Source: Candidatus Eiseniibacteriota bacterium
Lineage (GTDB): Bacteria > Eisenbacteria > RBG-16-71-46
Reading direction: 5' to 3'
Assembly: GCA_963744995.1 (NCBI GenBank)
Contig: CAVUWA010000009.1
Location: forward strand, 1-64,000
DNA length: 64,000 nt
Below the pieces are notes generated by a model. That model searched no databases. It worked only from the letters and a program-made list of their open reading frames with translations, and was not told where the DNA came from. This document shows, in pieces, positions 1-9,205 of the stretch (the first letter of the stretch is position 1; every line of letters starts with the position of its first letter). Both the position numbers and the translations under genes were made by a program.

Positions 1-96
1 CGCGGCTGGAAGCGTGGGGCGTCGCGAACGAGTGAGGACGCCTGACAGGGCGCCCGGGTCGAGCGGCCGCGGGCGTGCCACGCGGCGGGAGCGGAA

Positions 97-2289
97 ATGG
101 ATCTGACGTCATCACCCATCCAGGCGAGTCTGGTCACCGCCAGCGCGATGCTGGCGGCGATGATCGGCATTCTGGCCACGCTCCGGCGCGGCCACTGGCT
201 CGTCACGCTCATGTTCTCTTCGGCGTTCCTCGCCATGGCGGCGTTCCAGGCCGGCACGCTCGGCATGATGCACAGCGATTCGGTGGGCTCGGCGCGCATG
301 TGGGCGTCGTATCTGGCGCGGGTCTCCGCGCTGGCCTCGTGGCTGTGGCTGTCGCTGAGCGTCGTGCTCGCGCGCCCCGACCCGTGGAAGCAGGTGCGCA
401 ACTCGGGCGCCTACCTGACGCTGGCGCTCGCCGGCTGCATCGGCATGGCGTGGGCGGCGGGCACGCCGTTCGTGGTGCGCGACGTGGACGGCACCGGCGC
501 CGGGGCGGTGATCGTGCTCGGCGGGATGGGCAAGATCTACCTCATGTATCTGGTGGTCGTGATGATCGCCGTGGTCATGAACCTCGAACGCATGCTGCGC
601 ACCGCGCAGGCGTCTGCGCAACGCCGGCTGCGGCCCATGTTCGTCGCGTTCCTGCTCGGGATCCTTGCCGAGCTGCTGGTCGTCTCCGGCGGGCTGCTGT
701 TCGGCGGGCTGCGGGTGTCGTGGCTCGGCGCCAGCGCGGCCCCGTTGTTCGTCGCCGGCGCGGCGACGGCGATGGCGCTCGCGCGCCGCCGGCTCTCGGA
801 CATGAGCGTCCCGGTCGCGCGCCCGGTGATCTACTACTCGTCCGTCTCCCTGACGCTCGCGGGCGCGTTCCTCCTCACGATGGCGGTGCTGTCCAAGCTG
901 CTGCCGATGATGACCCCGGAGTGGAAGCAGGCGGTGAGCCTGACGTTCTATCTGCTGGTCGGCGGCGGCGGCCTCGTGCTCACGCTGAGCCCGCGCGCCA
1001 ACCGTGCGGTGAAACGCTTCATCGACCGCAACTTCTACGCGAATCGCTACGACTACCGGCGCGAATGGGAGCGTGTGAGCCGCGCGCTGCAGCCGACCGG
1101 GCGGCCCGAAGACGTCGCGCGCCAGATCGAAGGGCTGGTCCGCAGCGTTTTCGACGCCGATCGGGCGGCGGTCTACCTGCGCGCCGATCGCGAGGCCGCC
1201 GCGCTCGCCGAAGCCGGGCCGCGCGGCCCGCTCGAGCGGCTCTACGGACCCGCCGGCATGGCGCCGATGCTCGAGGCGGACAATCCGCTGGTGCGCGAGC
1301 TCGAGGACACCGGACGCGCGATCCAGCTGCGCGAGATCGCCACCGACCTCGATCTCATTCCGCTGATGGCCGAGAACCGGCCGAGCATCACCGCGCTCGA
1401 CGCGGCGATCGTCGCGCCGCTGATCGTCGGCGAGGCCATGATCGGGGTGCTGTGGCTGTCGGAGAAGCGCGGCGACGAGGAATACAGCTACGAGGACGTC
1501 GAGTTCCTCGGTGCGATGGCGCGGCAACTCGCGGCGGCGCTGTGGTTCGCCCGCCAGGGCGAGATCCTCGCCGAAACCCGCCAGATGGAGTCGCTGCACC
1601 GGCTCTCGACGTTCGTCATGCACGACATCAAGAACCACGTGTCCGGGCTGTCGCTGATGCTCGAGAACGCGCGCAAGCATCTCGCCAAACCGGAGTTCCA
1701 GAAGGACATGCTGCACGTGCTCGAGCGCACCGTGGCGAGCCTGCGTGATCTGATGGAGCAGGTGTCGGGGGTGACCCGGCCGCCGCTCGCGAACCCCGAG
1801 CCGTGCGATCTGGAACGGCTGCTCGAGGATGCGATGCTCGCCGCGGGCCTCGCGCCCGGGGACGCTGCGGCGCAGGTGGCGGCTTCGCTCGACATCGCCG
1901 TGGACGCGCCGGTGGCGGTGGACCATCAGCTGGTCAACCGGCTGATGGTGAATCTGCTGGTCAATGCGCGCGAGGCGCTCGACGCCGGTCAGGGGCGCAT
2001 CGGCGTCACCGCCGCCCTCGATACCTGCAGGCCGGGACGCGGCACGCTGGTTCTCGCCGTGGCCGATGACGGGCGCGGCATGTCGGAGGAGTTCGTCCGC
2101 CAGTCGCTGTTCCGGCCGTTCTCGACGACCAAGGCGTCGGGGCTCGGTATCGGGCTCGCGCAGTGCAAGAGCATCGTGGACGCGCACGGCGGCCGGATCC
2201 GGGTCGCGAGCCGTGCGGGCGAGGGCACGACCTTCACCGTCGAGCTGCCGGTCGACGTGCTCCCGGCCGCGGCGGAAGGCGCGTCATGA
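97..2289 (+). CDS. prsK: PEP-CTERM-system-type sensor histidine kinase (multi-TM N-terminus, GAF-like domain, HisKA/HATPase)
   Basis: 730 aa. About 8 hydrophobic segments, FIDRNFYANRYDYRREW motif, H-box FVMHDIKN, N-box NLLVNA, G-boxes DDGRGM and GLGIGL. ATGA overlap with the downstream response regulator. Confidence 0.85.
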   Translation: MDLTSSPIQASLVTASAMLAAMIGILATLRRGHWLVTLMFSSAFLAMAAFQAGTLGMMHSDSVGSARMWASYLARVSALASWLWLSLSVVLARPDPWKQVRNSGAYLTLALAGCIGMAWAAGTPFVVRDVDGTGAGAVIVLGGMGKIYLMYLVVVMIAVVMNLERMLRTAQASAQRRLRPMFVAFLLGILAELLVVSGGLLFGGLRVSWLGASAAPLFVAGAATAMALARRRLSDMSVPVARPVIYYSSVSLTLAGAFLLTMAVLSKLLPMMTPEWKQAVSLTFYLLVGGGGLVLTLSPRANRAVKRFIDRNFYANRYDYRREWERVSRALQPTGRPEDVARQIEGLVRSVFDADRAAVYLRADREAAALAEAGPRGPLERLYGPAGMAPMLEADNPLVRELEDTGRAIQLREIATDLDLIPLMAENRPSITALDAAIVAPLIVGEAMIGVLWLSEKRGDEEYSYEDVEFLGAMARQLAAALWFARQGEILAETRQMESLHRLSTFVMHDIKNHVSGLSLMLENARKHLAKPEFQKDMLHVLERTVASLRDLMEQVSGVTRPPLANPEPCDLERLLEDAMLAAGLAPGDAAAQVAASLDIAVDAPVAVDHQLVNRLMVNLLVNAREALDAGQGRIGVTAALDTCRPGRGTLVLAVADDGRGMSEEFVRQSLFRPFSTTKASGLGIGLAQCKSIVDAHGGRIRVASRAGEGTTFTVELPVDVLPAAAEGAS

Positions 2290-3713
2290 ACGAGCGCGCG
2301 CCGGTCGACGGCAAGGTGCTGATCGTCGACGACGAGGATTCCATCCGCAACCAGCTCAAGTGGGGGCTCTCGGAGGAGTACGAGGTCGTGACCGCGGCCA
2401 GCGTCGAGGAGGCGCGCCGTCTGCTGCGCGACGAGAAGCCGGCGGTGGTGACGCTCGACGTGGCGCTCAAGACGCCGGGCGGTCCGGCGGAGGAGGGCAT
2501 GCTGCTGCTCGACGAGATCGTCGAGAAGTATCCGCTCACCAAGGTCATCATGGTGACCGGCAACGACAGCCGCGAGAACGCGCTGCTCGCGATCCGCCGC
2601 GGGGCGGTGGACTGGTACGCGAAGCCGATCGCGCTCGAGGAACTGAAGATGATCCTGCGGCGCGCGTTCCACATCCGCGGCATCGAGCTGGCGCAGCACG
2701 AGGAGCCGGCGCGTGGTCGCAAGCGCTACCACCGGATCGTCGGCGAGTCGGAGACGATCCGTAAGGTGTTCGCCCTGGTGCAGCGCGTGGCGCCGACCGA
2801 CGCCACCGTGCTGGTCGCCGGCGAGAACGGCACCGGCAAAGAGCTCGTCGCGCACGCGATCCACGAGGCCAGCGGGCGGCGCGGTGGTCCGTTCGTCCCG
2901 ATCAACTGCGGTGCGATCCCCGAGACGCTGCTCGAGAGCGAGCTGTTCGGCCACGAGCGGGGCGCTTTCACCGACGCCTACCGCACGCGCGAGGGCAAGT
3001 TCGAGATCGCGGCGGGCGGGACGATCTTCCTCGACGAGATCGGCGAACTGCCGCAGCCGCTGCAGGTCAAGCTGCTGCGTTTCCTCCAGGATCACGTCAT
3101 CGAGCGGGTCGGCGGCCGCGAGCCGCGCAAGGTCGACGTGCGCGTGCTGGCCGCGACCAACCGCGATCTCAAGGAGGAGATGGCGCGCCACCGCTTCCGC
3201 GAGGACCTCTACTACCGCCTGAGCGTGGTCAACATCCTGGTGCCGCCGCTGCGCGAGCGTGGCGACGATCTGCGCATCCTCGCCGAGTACTTCCTCGATT
3301 TCTACGGGCGCCACCACCGGCGCCGCATCAAGGGGTTCACGCAGGCGGCGCTGCGGGCGATTCAGCAGCACCCGTGGCCCGGCAACGTGCGCGAACTGGA
3401 GAACCGGGTGCAGCGCGCGGTGATCCTCTGCCAGGACGCCTACGTGCGACCCGAGGATCTCGAGCTGGACGAAGCGGAGGGCAGGAGCGTGGCGAAGTCG
3501 CTGCAGCAGGCGCGCGACGACGCCGAGCGGGAATTGCTGATCGAGGCGCTCACCCGCAACGCCGGCAACATCACGCGTGCGGCCCGCGACGTCGAAGTGA
3601 GCCGGCCGACGCTGCACGATCTGCTCAAGAAGCACGGCATCGACGCCGACCGCTACCGCCGCCCGGACCTGGCTGCGGACGAGGAAGACGACGGTGGGGA
3701 CGCCACGGCTTGA
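2286..3713 (+). CDS. prsR: Sigma-54-dependent response regulator (REC, AAA+, Fis HTH), PEP-CTERM-box regulator type
   Basis: LIVDDE receiver, GENGTGKE Walker [16 protein letters not shown] activation loop, [11 protein letters not shown]-terminal HTH ([16 protein letters not shown]). Start at ATG 2286 overlaps the prsK stop. Confidence 0.85.
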   Translation: MNERAPVDGKVLIVDDEDSIRNQLKWGLSEEYEVVTAASVEEARRLLRDEKPAVVTLDVALKTPGGPAEEGMLLLDEIVEKYPLTKVIMVTGNDSRENALLAIRRGAVDWYAKPIALEELKMILRRAFHIRGIELAQHEEPARGRKRYHRIVGESETIRKVFALVQRVAPTDATVLVAGENGTGKELVAHAIHEASGRRGGPFVPINCGAIPETLLESELFGHERGAFTDAYRTREGKFEIAAGGTIFLDEIGELPQPLQVKLLRFLQDHVIERVGGREPRKVDVRVLAATNRDLKEEMARHRFREDLYYRLSVVNILVPPLRERGDDLRILAEYFLDFYGRHHRRRIKGFTQAALRAIQQHPWPGNVRELENRVQRAVILCQDAYVRPEDLELDEAEGRSVAKSLQQARDDAERELLIEALTRNAGNITRAARDVEVSRPTLHDLLKKHGIDADRYRRPDLAADEEDDGGDATA

Positions 3714-3738
3714 CGGGGGGGGGCGCGGCCGATAGCGT
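3710..3738 (+). promoter_or_regulatory. Putative sigma-70 promoter TTGACG-17-TAGCGT with a G9 run in the spacer
   Basis: TTGACG at 3710-3715, TAGCGT at 3733-3738, G9 at 3715-3723. Confidence 0.4.
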
Positions 3739-3757
3739 CCGCCCGCCCGGCGCCGGG

Positions 3758-3943
3758 AACGACGAAGCCCCGCCGCGGAAACCCGGGCGGGGCTCGAAAA
3801 TTTAATGGGGGACGTCGTTCTCAGAATCGCGGGCCGCACGCGAGTGTCATCGAACTAGCCCCCCAACCTGCATTGTGAGATGCGCGACGTGCCTCCCCGG
3901 TTCCGAAAAATTGAGTCGCCGTCGCCCGTACGTCCCACGGCGC
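3758..3943 (-). ncRNA. Candidate structured ncRNA with 6S RNA-like rod and central bubble; strand uncertain
   Basis: Nested complementarity: 3784-3795 with 3913-3928, and 3807-3817 with 3885-3898. AT-rich unpaired segments at 3796-3806 and 3899-3912. Hairpin 3767-3793 has a TTCGTCGTT tail on the minus strand. Confidence 0.4.
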
Positions 3944-4001
3944 AACGTCTTAACGTCTCGCTGACGATTGCCAACGACACCTCGACGCACCGAACATCTC
4001 C

Positions 4002-4688
4002 ATGACAGTTTCCGCACACCAGCAGACCAACCGCGGCTACTTCCTCGCGATCGCCGGCAACATCGGAGTCGGCAAGACCGAGCTGACCAACCGGTTGTCG
4101 GGTGAACTCGGCTGGCTGGCCTACTACGAGCCGGTGATCCAGAACCCCTACCTCGATCCGTTCTACGAGGACATGGAGCGCTGGAGCTTTCACCTTCAGA
4201 TCTACTTTCTGAGCGAGCGGTTCAAGGCCCAGGTGGAGATCGGCCGCAGCGCGCTCCCGTTCATCCAGGATCGCACGATCTACGAGGACTCGGAGATCTT
4301 CGCCCGAACCCTGCACGAGCAGGGCTCGATGACCCGGGTGGATTTCGACAACTACCGGGCGTTGTTCGACATCATGGTGTCCTACCTGCGGAAACCGGAT
4401 CTCATCATCTATCTCAAGGCGTCCGCACCGATCCTGATGGAGCGCATCGCCCGGCGCGGCCGCTCGAGCGAGAAGGCGATCCGGCTGGACTACCTCGAGC
4501 GCCTGAACCGCGCCTACGACAGCTGGATGGAACGGGCGCGCGCCGAAGTCGAGGTGCTGGAGATCGACACGGACCTGGTGCCGCTGCAGGGGGACACCCC
4601 GGCTTTCCGGCAACTCATCGAGAACCTGAAGCGTCGCTACCCGCGGCAGTCGGAGCTGCACCTCGAGGACCGCGGCAGCGAGGGCTGA
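4002..4688 (+). CDS. Deoxynucleoside kinase (dNK family)
   Basis: P-loop GNIGVGKT, FHLQIYFLSERF, QDRTIYED, KPDLIIYL, ERIARRGR lid. Confidence 0.9.
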   Translation: MTVSAHQQTNRGYFLAIAGNIGVGKTELTNRLSGELGWLAYYEPVIQNPYLDPFYEDMERWSFHLQIYFLSERFKAQVEIGRSALPFIQDRTIYEDSEIFARTLHEQGSMTRVDFDNYRALFDIMVSYLRKPDLIIYLKASAPILMERIARRGRSSEKAIRLDYLERLNRAYDSWMERARAEVEVLEIDTDLVPLQGDTPAFRQLIENLKRRYPRQSELHLEDRGSEG

Positions 4689-4775
4689 CCCGGCGCCGAC
4701 CGGGCGCCGGGATGGCGGGGGCAACCCCGGGGCGGCGGGAGCGGCCGCCGGGGTGCCCCTGCTCCCGTCCCCGCC

Positions 4776-7562
4776 TCAGGCCCCGCTCGCCTCGAGAACC
4801 CCCGCACAGCGGCCGCAGAGGCCCTTCCGCTCGCCTTCCGCCGCGACGTCGGGGCGGTAGGTCCAGCAGCGGTCGCAGCGCGGCTTCGCCGTTCGGGAGA
4901 CCGCCGCCTCGGGCGCCTGGCCGGCGCCCCCCTCGCGCACGTCGACCGAGGCCACGATCAGGAAGGCGGCCAGCTCGTCCCGGTAGGCCGCGAGCCGCCG
5001 GGCCGTCTCCGGCGCGACGGTGAGGACCACCTCGGCCTCGGCCGTGGTGTTGAAGGTCTTCGCCGCGCGCAGCGGTTCGATGGCGGCGTTGACCGCGTCG
5101 CGGATCCCGGTCAGGAACGTCCACTCGGCGTCGGCGCCCGCCGCGACCTCGCGCCGCGGATAGAGCGCCAGATGCACGCTCGGCTGCTCCTCGAGCAGCG
5201 CCGGATGGTGCTGCCAGACCTCTTCGGCCGTGAACGCGAGCGCAGGCGAGACGGCGATCACCAGATCGTGCAGCGCGCGCCACAGCACCGTCTGCGCGGA
5301 GCGGCGTGCCGCCTCCCCGGGAGCCGAGGCGTAGAGGCGGTCCTTCGCCGCGTCCAGGAAGATCGCCGACAGGTCCACGGTGCACACGTTGAGCAGCACG
5401 TCCAGCGCCCGGTGGAACTGCAGCGCTTCGTACTCGGCGCGGATGCGCTCGATGCGCGCCGCGAGCATGTTCGCGAAGGCGCGATCCACGGCGGTCAGCC
5501 GCGGCTCCGGCACCGCGTCGGCGGGGCGGAAGTCGCGCAGGTTGCCGAGCGCGAAGCGGAACGTGTTGCGCACTTTACGATACGCATCGGCGACGCGCTC
5601 GAGGATCTCGTCGCCGACGCGCACGTCGCCGCGCCAGTCGGTGGCGAGCGCCCACCAGCGCACGATCTCGGCGCCGTAGCGCTGCACGACGTCCTCGGGC
5701 CAGATCACGTTGCCGAGCGATTTGTGCATCGCGCGGCCCTTCTGATCGAGCACCCAGCCGTGGGTGAGCACCTGCGTGTAGGGCGCGCGATCGGTGGCAC
5801 CGACGCCGACCATCAGCGACGAGTTGAACCACCCGCGGTGCTGATCGGGGCCCTCGAAGTAGACGATGCGGCCGCCGTCCCGCGCGCGCCGCCAGGCCTC
5901 GGCCAGGGCCGGGTGCGTGACCTGCACGGCGCGATGCGTGGAGCCCGAATCGAACCAGACGTCGAGGATGTCGGTTTCCTTCTCGAACGGTCCCGTTGCG
6001 CCGCACGCCGGGCAGCTGAAACCGTCGGGCAGAAAACGCTCGATCGGCAGCTCGTACCAGGCGTCCGAGCCGTGCTCGCGAACGAGCTCGGCGGCACGCG
6101 CCATGACAGCGGGCGCGAGCAGGGCCTGGTCGCAGCGCCTGCAGTAGATCGCCGGAATGCCGACGCCCCACGAGCGCTGCCTCGACAGGCACCAGTCCGG
6201 GCGCAGGCGCACGGACTCGCGGATCCGGTTCTGCGACGAGGGCGGATCCCAGGTTACCCGCTCGATCTCGGCGAGCGCGCGGTCACGGTGCCCGTCGTGG
6301 TCGATGATCATGAACCACTGATCCGTGGCGCGGAAGATCACCGGGTTGTGGCAGCGCCAGCAGTGCGGGTACGAGTGGGTGAAGCGGGTGGCGGCGATCA
6401 GTCGTTCGCGCGTCTCCAGCCAGGTCACGATGTCGTCGTTCACCTCGAGCACGCTGCGGCCTTCGAAGGGCGCCGTGCGCGCCGAGAAGAACCGGCCGGC
6501 CTCGTCCACCGGGCACAGCACCTCGAGCCCCGCGCGCTGGCCGACCTGGAAGTCCTCCTTGCCGTGCCCGGGCGCGGTGTGAACGATGCCGGTGCCGTCC
6601 TCCATGCTCACGAACGGCGTGCCGTCGACGGCGCGCGAGTCGCCGCCGAACGGCCCTTCGAAGATCGCGCCGACCAGAGCGCGGCCCTTGACGCGACCGA
6701 GCACCCGATGGCCGTCCCAGCCCGCCGCGGCCGCGAGGGCCTCGAGCCTGGGCCCGGCGAGAAGCAGCGTCCGCCCACCGGCCTCGACGACCACGTAGTC
6801 GGCGTCGGGTGCGACCATCAGGCCGACGTTCGCGGGCAGGGTCCACGGCGTCGTGGTCCACGCCACCGCCTGCACCTCCGGCCACGCGGCGAGCGCCCCC
6901 GCGGGGTCGCTCTTCAAGGGAAACGCGACGAAGATCGACGGCGAGGGCACGTCGGCGTATTCGATCTCGGCCTCGGCGAGCGCGGTGCGGTCGGTCGGGC
7001 ACCAGTGGATCGAGCGCTGGCCGCGCTGGATGAAGCCGCGCCCGGCGAGCACGGCGAAGGTCTCGAGGATCGAGGCCTCGAAGCCGTGGTTCATGGTGAG
7101 GTAGGGGTCGGCCCATTCGCCCCACACGCCGAGCCGCTTGAACTCCTCGCGCTGGATGCCGACCCAGTGCGTGGCGAACTCGCGGCAGCGCCGGCGCAAC
7201 GCCAGGCGGTCCGGCGTCTGCTTCTTCTGGCGGAACTCCTTGCCGACCTCGATCTCGATCGGCATGCCGTGGTTGTCCCAGCCCGGCAGGTAGGGCGAGT
7301 CCCAGCCCATGAGCGAGGCCTGGCGCACGGCGGCGTCCTTCCAGATCTTGTTGGCCGCCGTGCCCATGTGCAGGTGGTTGTTGGAGTAGGGCGGGCCGTC
7401 GTGCAGCAGCCACACCGGGGCACCGCGCCGCGCCGCGCGCAGCTTCCCGTAAAGATCGTTGGCGTCCCACCAGGCGATCCGCTCGGGCTCGCGCCGGGTG
7501 AGGTTGGCCTTCATCGGGAAGTCCGTCTTCGGAAGGTTCAGCGTGTCGCGATAGCCCGCCAT
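4776..7562 (-). CDS. ileS: Isoleucine--tRNA ligase
   Basis: N-terminal YRDTLNLPKTDFPMKANL, LHDGPPY, HMGT (HIGH-like), WTTTPWTLP editing domain, DWCLSRQRSWG, AMHKSLGN (KMSKS-like), C-terminal CDRCW..CGRC zinc finger. Start trimmed to ATG 7562. Confidence 0.95.
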   Translation of the reverse strand: MAGYRDTLNLPKTDFPMKANLTRREPERIAWWDANDLYGKLRAARRGAPVWLLHDGPPYSNNHLHMGTAANKIWKDAAVRQASLMGWDSPYLPGWDNHGMPIEIEVGKEFRQKKQTPDRLALRRRCREFATHWVGIQREEFKRLGVWGEWADPYLTMNHGFEASILETFAVLAGRGFIQRGQRSIHWCPTDRTALAEAEIEYADVPSPSIFVAFPLKSDPAGALAAWPEVQAVAWTTTPWTLPANVGLMVAPDADYVVVEAGGRTLLLAGPRLEALAAAAGWDGHRVLGRVKGRALVGAIFEGPFGGDSRAVDGTPFVSMEDGTGIVHTAPGHGKEDFQVGQRAGLEVLCPVDEAGRFFSARTAPFEGRSVLEVNDDIVTWLETRERLIAATRFTHSYPHCWRCHNPVIFRATDQWFMIIDHDGHRDRALAEIERVTWDPPSSQNRIRESVRLRPDWCLSRQRSWGVGIPAIYCRRCDQALLAPAVMARAAELVREHGSDAWYELPIERFLPDGFSCPACGATGPFEKETDILDVWFDSGSTHRAVQVTHPALAEAWRRARDGGRIVYFEGPDQHRGWFNSSLMVGVGATDRAPYTQVLTHGWVLDQKGRAMHKSLGNVIWPEDVVQRYGAEIVRWWALATDWRGDVRVGDEILERVADAYRKVRNTFRFALGNLRDFRPADAVPEPRLTAVDRAFANMLAARIERIRAEYEALQFHRALDVLLNVCTVDLSAIFLDAAKDRLYASAPGEAARRSAQTVLWRALHDLVIAVSPALAFTAEEVWQHHPALLEEQPSVHLALYPRREVAAGADAEWTFLTGIRDAVNAAIEPLRAAKTFNTTAEAEVVLTVAPETARRLAAYRDELAAFLIVASVDVREGGAGQAPEAAVSRTAKPRCDRCWTYRPDVAAEGERKGLCGRCAGVLEASGA

Positions 7563-7589
7563 GTCTCTGGTCTCCGCGCGGTTCATCAC

Positions 7590-7862
7590 CGCAAAAGAAA
7601 AACGCCCCGACGCCTGATGCGTTGGGGCGAGCGCGCTCGCGGTGCCACCCAACTTCGCGCGGACCTCGCGGCACGCGCCTCGTGGGGCGCCGGAGCGCCC
7701 CGGCCCGTTCACGGCGGGCCGCCGACCGGGCCTACTGCGCGGCGGGACCGCGGTTCGGGCGGCAGCTCGGGGGTGATCTTCGGCGCGCCGCCTGCGCCGG
7801 GCTCCCACCGTCCCCGGCTCGCTCTGGCCGCCCCGCGCGCGTACTCGTCCCCGTCAAGGCTG
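7590..7862 (-). promoter_or_regulatory. T-box riboswitch (Ile specifier, transcription-attenuation type) leading ileS
   Basis: Minus strand: AGTA, AGAGCGAG and GGTGGGA stem I motifs, specifier GAAG-ATC-A (ATC at 7777-7775), stem II AGTA, T-box AAGTTGGGTGGCACCGCG (7655-7638), terminator CGCCCCAACGC..GCGTCGGGGCG-TTTTTCTTTT. Confidence 0.9.
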
Positions 7863-7927
7863 TTGCGAGTGCAACGTGCCACGGGCGGGCGGCCGGGTCA
7901 AGGCCGTGCGCCCGTGGCGCCCCCGGA

Positions 7928-7960
7928 AACGGCGAAGGCCCCGGGTCACCGGGGCCTTCG
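7928..7960 (-). terminator. Intrinsic terminator of the pilin operon
   Basis: CGAAGGCCCCGG-TGAC-CCGGGGCCTTCG hairpin followed by CCGTTT, just after the stop at 7986. Confidence 0.65.
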
Positions 7961-7985
7961 GGAACCGCGCCGCGCCTGAGCGGGG

Positions 7986-9197
7986 CTACAGTTCCTTCCA
8001 GGAGATCGCAACCAGCGAGCCGCCGTACTTCTGCAGCGCCTGCTGGATGGCGTCCGAACTGTACAGCACGGCACAGGAGCCGTTCGCCAGCTTGATCTTG
8101 ACCGATCCCTTGGCGATCAGCGAACCGAGGATCCACAGATTGCCGTTGATGTCCAGGTCACCTTCCACGTAGATCAGGCCGCGGAAGCTGAAGTTGCCGT
8201 TCAGGGAGAGTTTGCCGTCCACGTACAGCATGCCCTCGCCGTCGCCGCCCTGGAAGCTGAAGTTGCCGGTGGCGTCTCCCTGGATGCTGTTGTTGTCGAG
8301 GTAGTACACGCCGCGCGGAGGACTCGGCGCGACCGCGGTCCGTGGCCCGATCCACTGGAAGAACTCGCCCTGTGTCATCGAGAGCGCGTCCCACGGCCCG
8401 CTGTAGAAGCCCACCTGGTTGGCGGCCGTTCCGGACGGCTGTCCCTTCGTGTCGGCCGAACCGTTGATCGAGATGCCGTCGGTGCTCCATCCGCCGGTGA
8501 GCGCGGGGAGCGACGCATCCTCGAAATTCGAGCACGGCGTCGCGTCGTCCGTGCCCGTGGGCGTGGTCGCGAGGTGGTCGTACCCGCACATCCAGGCGTT
8601 ACCCGAGAACTGAATCGGCACCGCGGCGGCGAGGGCGCCCTTGACGTTGATGTTGAAGGGCTTCTGCACGACCTCCTCCTGGATCTTGCGCACGTCGCTG
8701 CCGGCGTAGCCGGTGGAGGTGATCACGAAGATCGGTGAGCCGGTCGCGGTCTGGATCGCCGGATTCTTGGTCGCGTCGTACTTGAGGATGTTGCCGGCGC
8801 CGTCCTTGCGATACTGCACGGTGAGCACGTCGGCGCCGTCGGTCGCCGTGCTGTACTTGAGCCAGTTCCCCGCCGGCTGCGCCGTGGCGAGCGCGATCTG
8901 CGGGGGCGCGAGCACGGGCACGCTGCCGGGCAGCGCGTTGAAGATCTTGGCCGTCATGTTGGGGTTCCCGTTGTCGGGAATGTCGCCGACGCGGATGCGC
9001 GACACGGCCTCGGCAAGCCCGGCCTCGGCGGTGTTGAGCGCCTGCGCCTCGCGCTGCGAATGCCCCGCGATCTGCGTCTCGGTATTGAGCGACATCATCA
9101 GCGCGGCCGAGAGCAGCGACATCACGAGCAGCACCAGCAGCGCCATGACCAGCGCCACGCCGCGCTCGTTTCCGACCTGGACATGAGGCTTCATCAT
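7986..9197 (-). CDS. PilX-like minor pilin with C-terminal beta-solenoid-like repeats
   Basis: ERG|VALVMALLVLLVMSLL class III signal lacking E5, ALNTAEAGL PilX_N motif, ITSTG, and repeated LYVDGKLSLNGN / IYVEGDLDINGN. Confidence 0.75.
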   Translation of the reverse strand: MMKPHVQVGNERGVALVMALLVLLVMSLLSAALMMSLNTETQIAGHSQREAQALNTAEAGLAEAVSRIRVGDIPDNGNPNMTAKIFNALPGSVPVLAPPQIALATAQPAGNWLKYSTATDGADVLTVQYRKDGAGNILKYDATKNPAIQTATGSPIFVITSTGYAGSDVRKIQEEVVQKPFNINVKGALAAAVPIQFSGNAWMCGYDHLATTPTGTDDATPCSNFEDASLPALTGGWSTDGISINGSADTKGQPSGTAANQVGFYSGPWDALSMTQGEFFQWIGPRTAVAPSPPRGVYYLDNNSIQGDATGNFSFQGGDGEGMLYVDGKLSLNGNFSFRGLIYVEGDLDINGNLWILGSLIAKGSVKIKLANGSCAVLYSSDAIQQALQKYGGSLVAISWKEL

Positions 9198-9205
9198 TCG
9201 AGCTC

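Noticed and set aside
75..2187. Long alternative-frame and antisense ORFs (e.g. 75-1748 +, 112-2187 -, and similarly 5172-7979, 26352-28988, 53396-56080)
   Set aside because: Arg/Ala/Gly/Pro-rich shadow ORFs expected in very GC-rich DNA. They overlap well-supported genes and have no family motifs.
3824..3860. AATCGCG..CGCGAGTGTC resemblance to a purine/2'-dG riboswitch before the deoxynucleoside kinase
   Set aside because: Loop and junction consensus and the P3 stem do not match. The sequence fits better as part of the longer rod structure.
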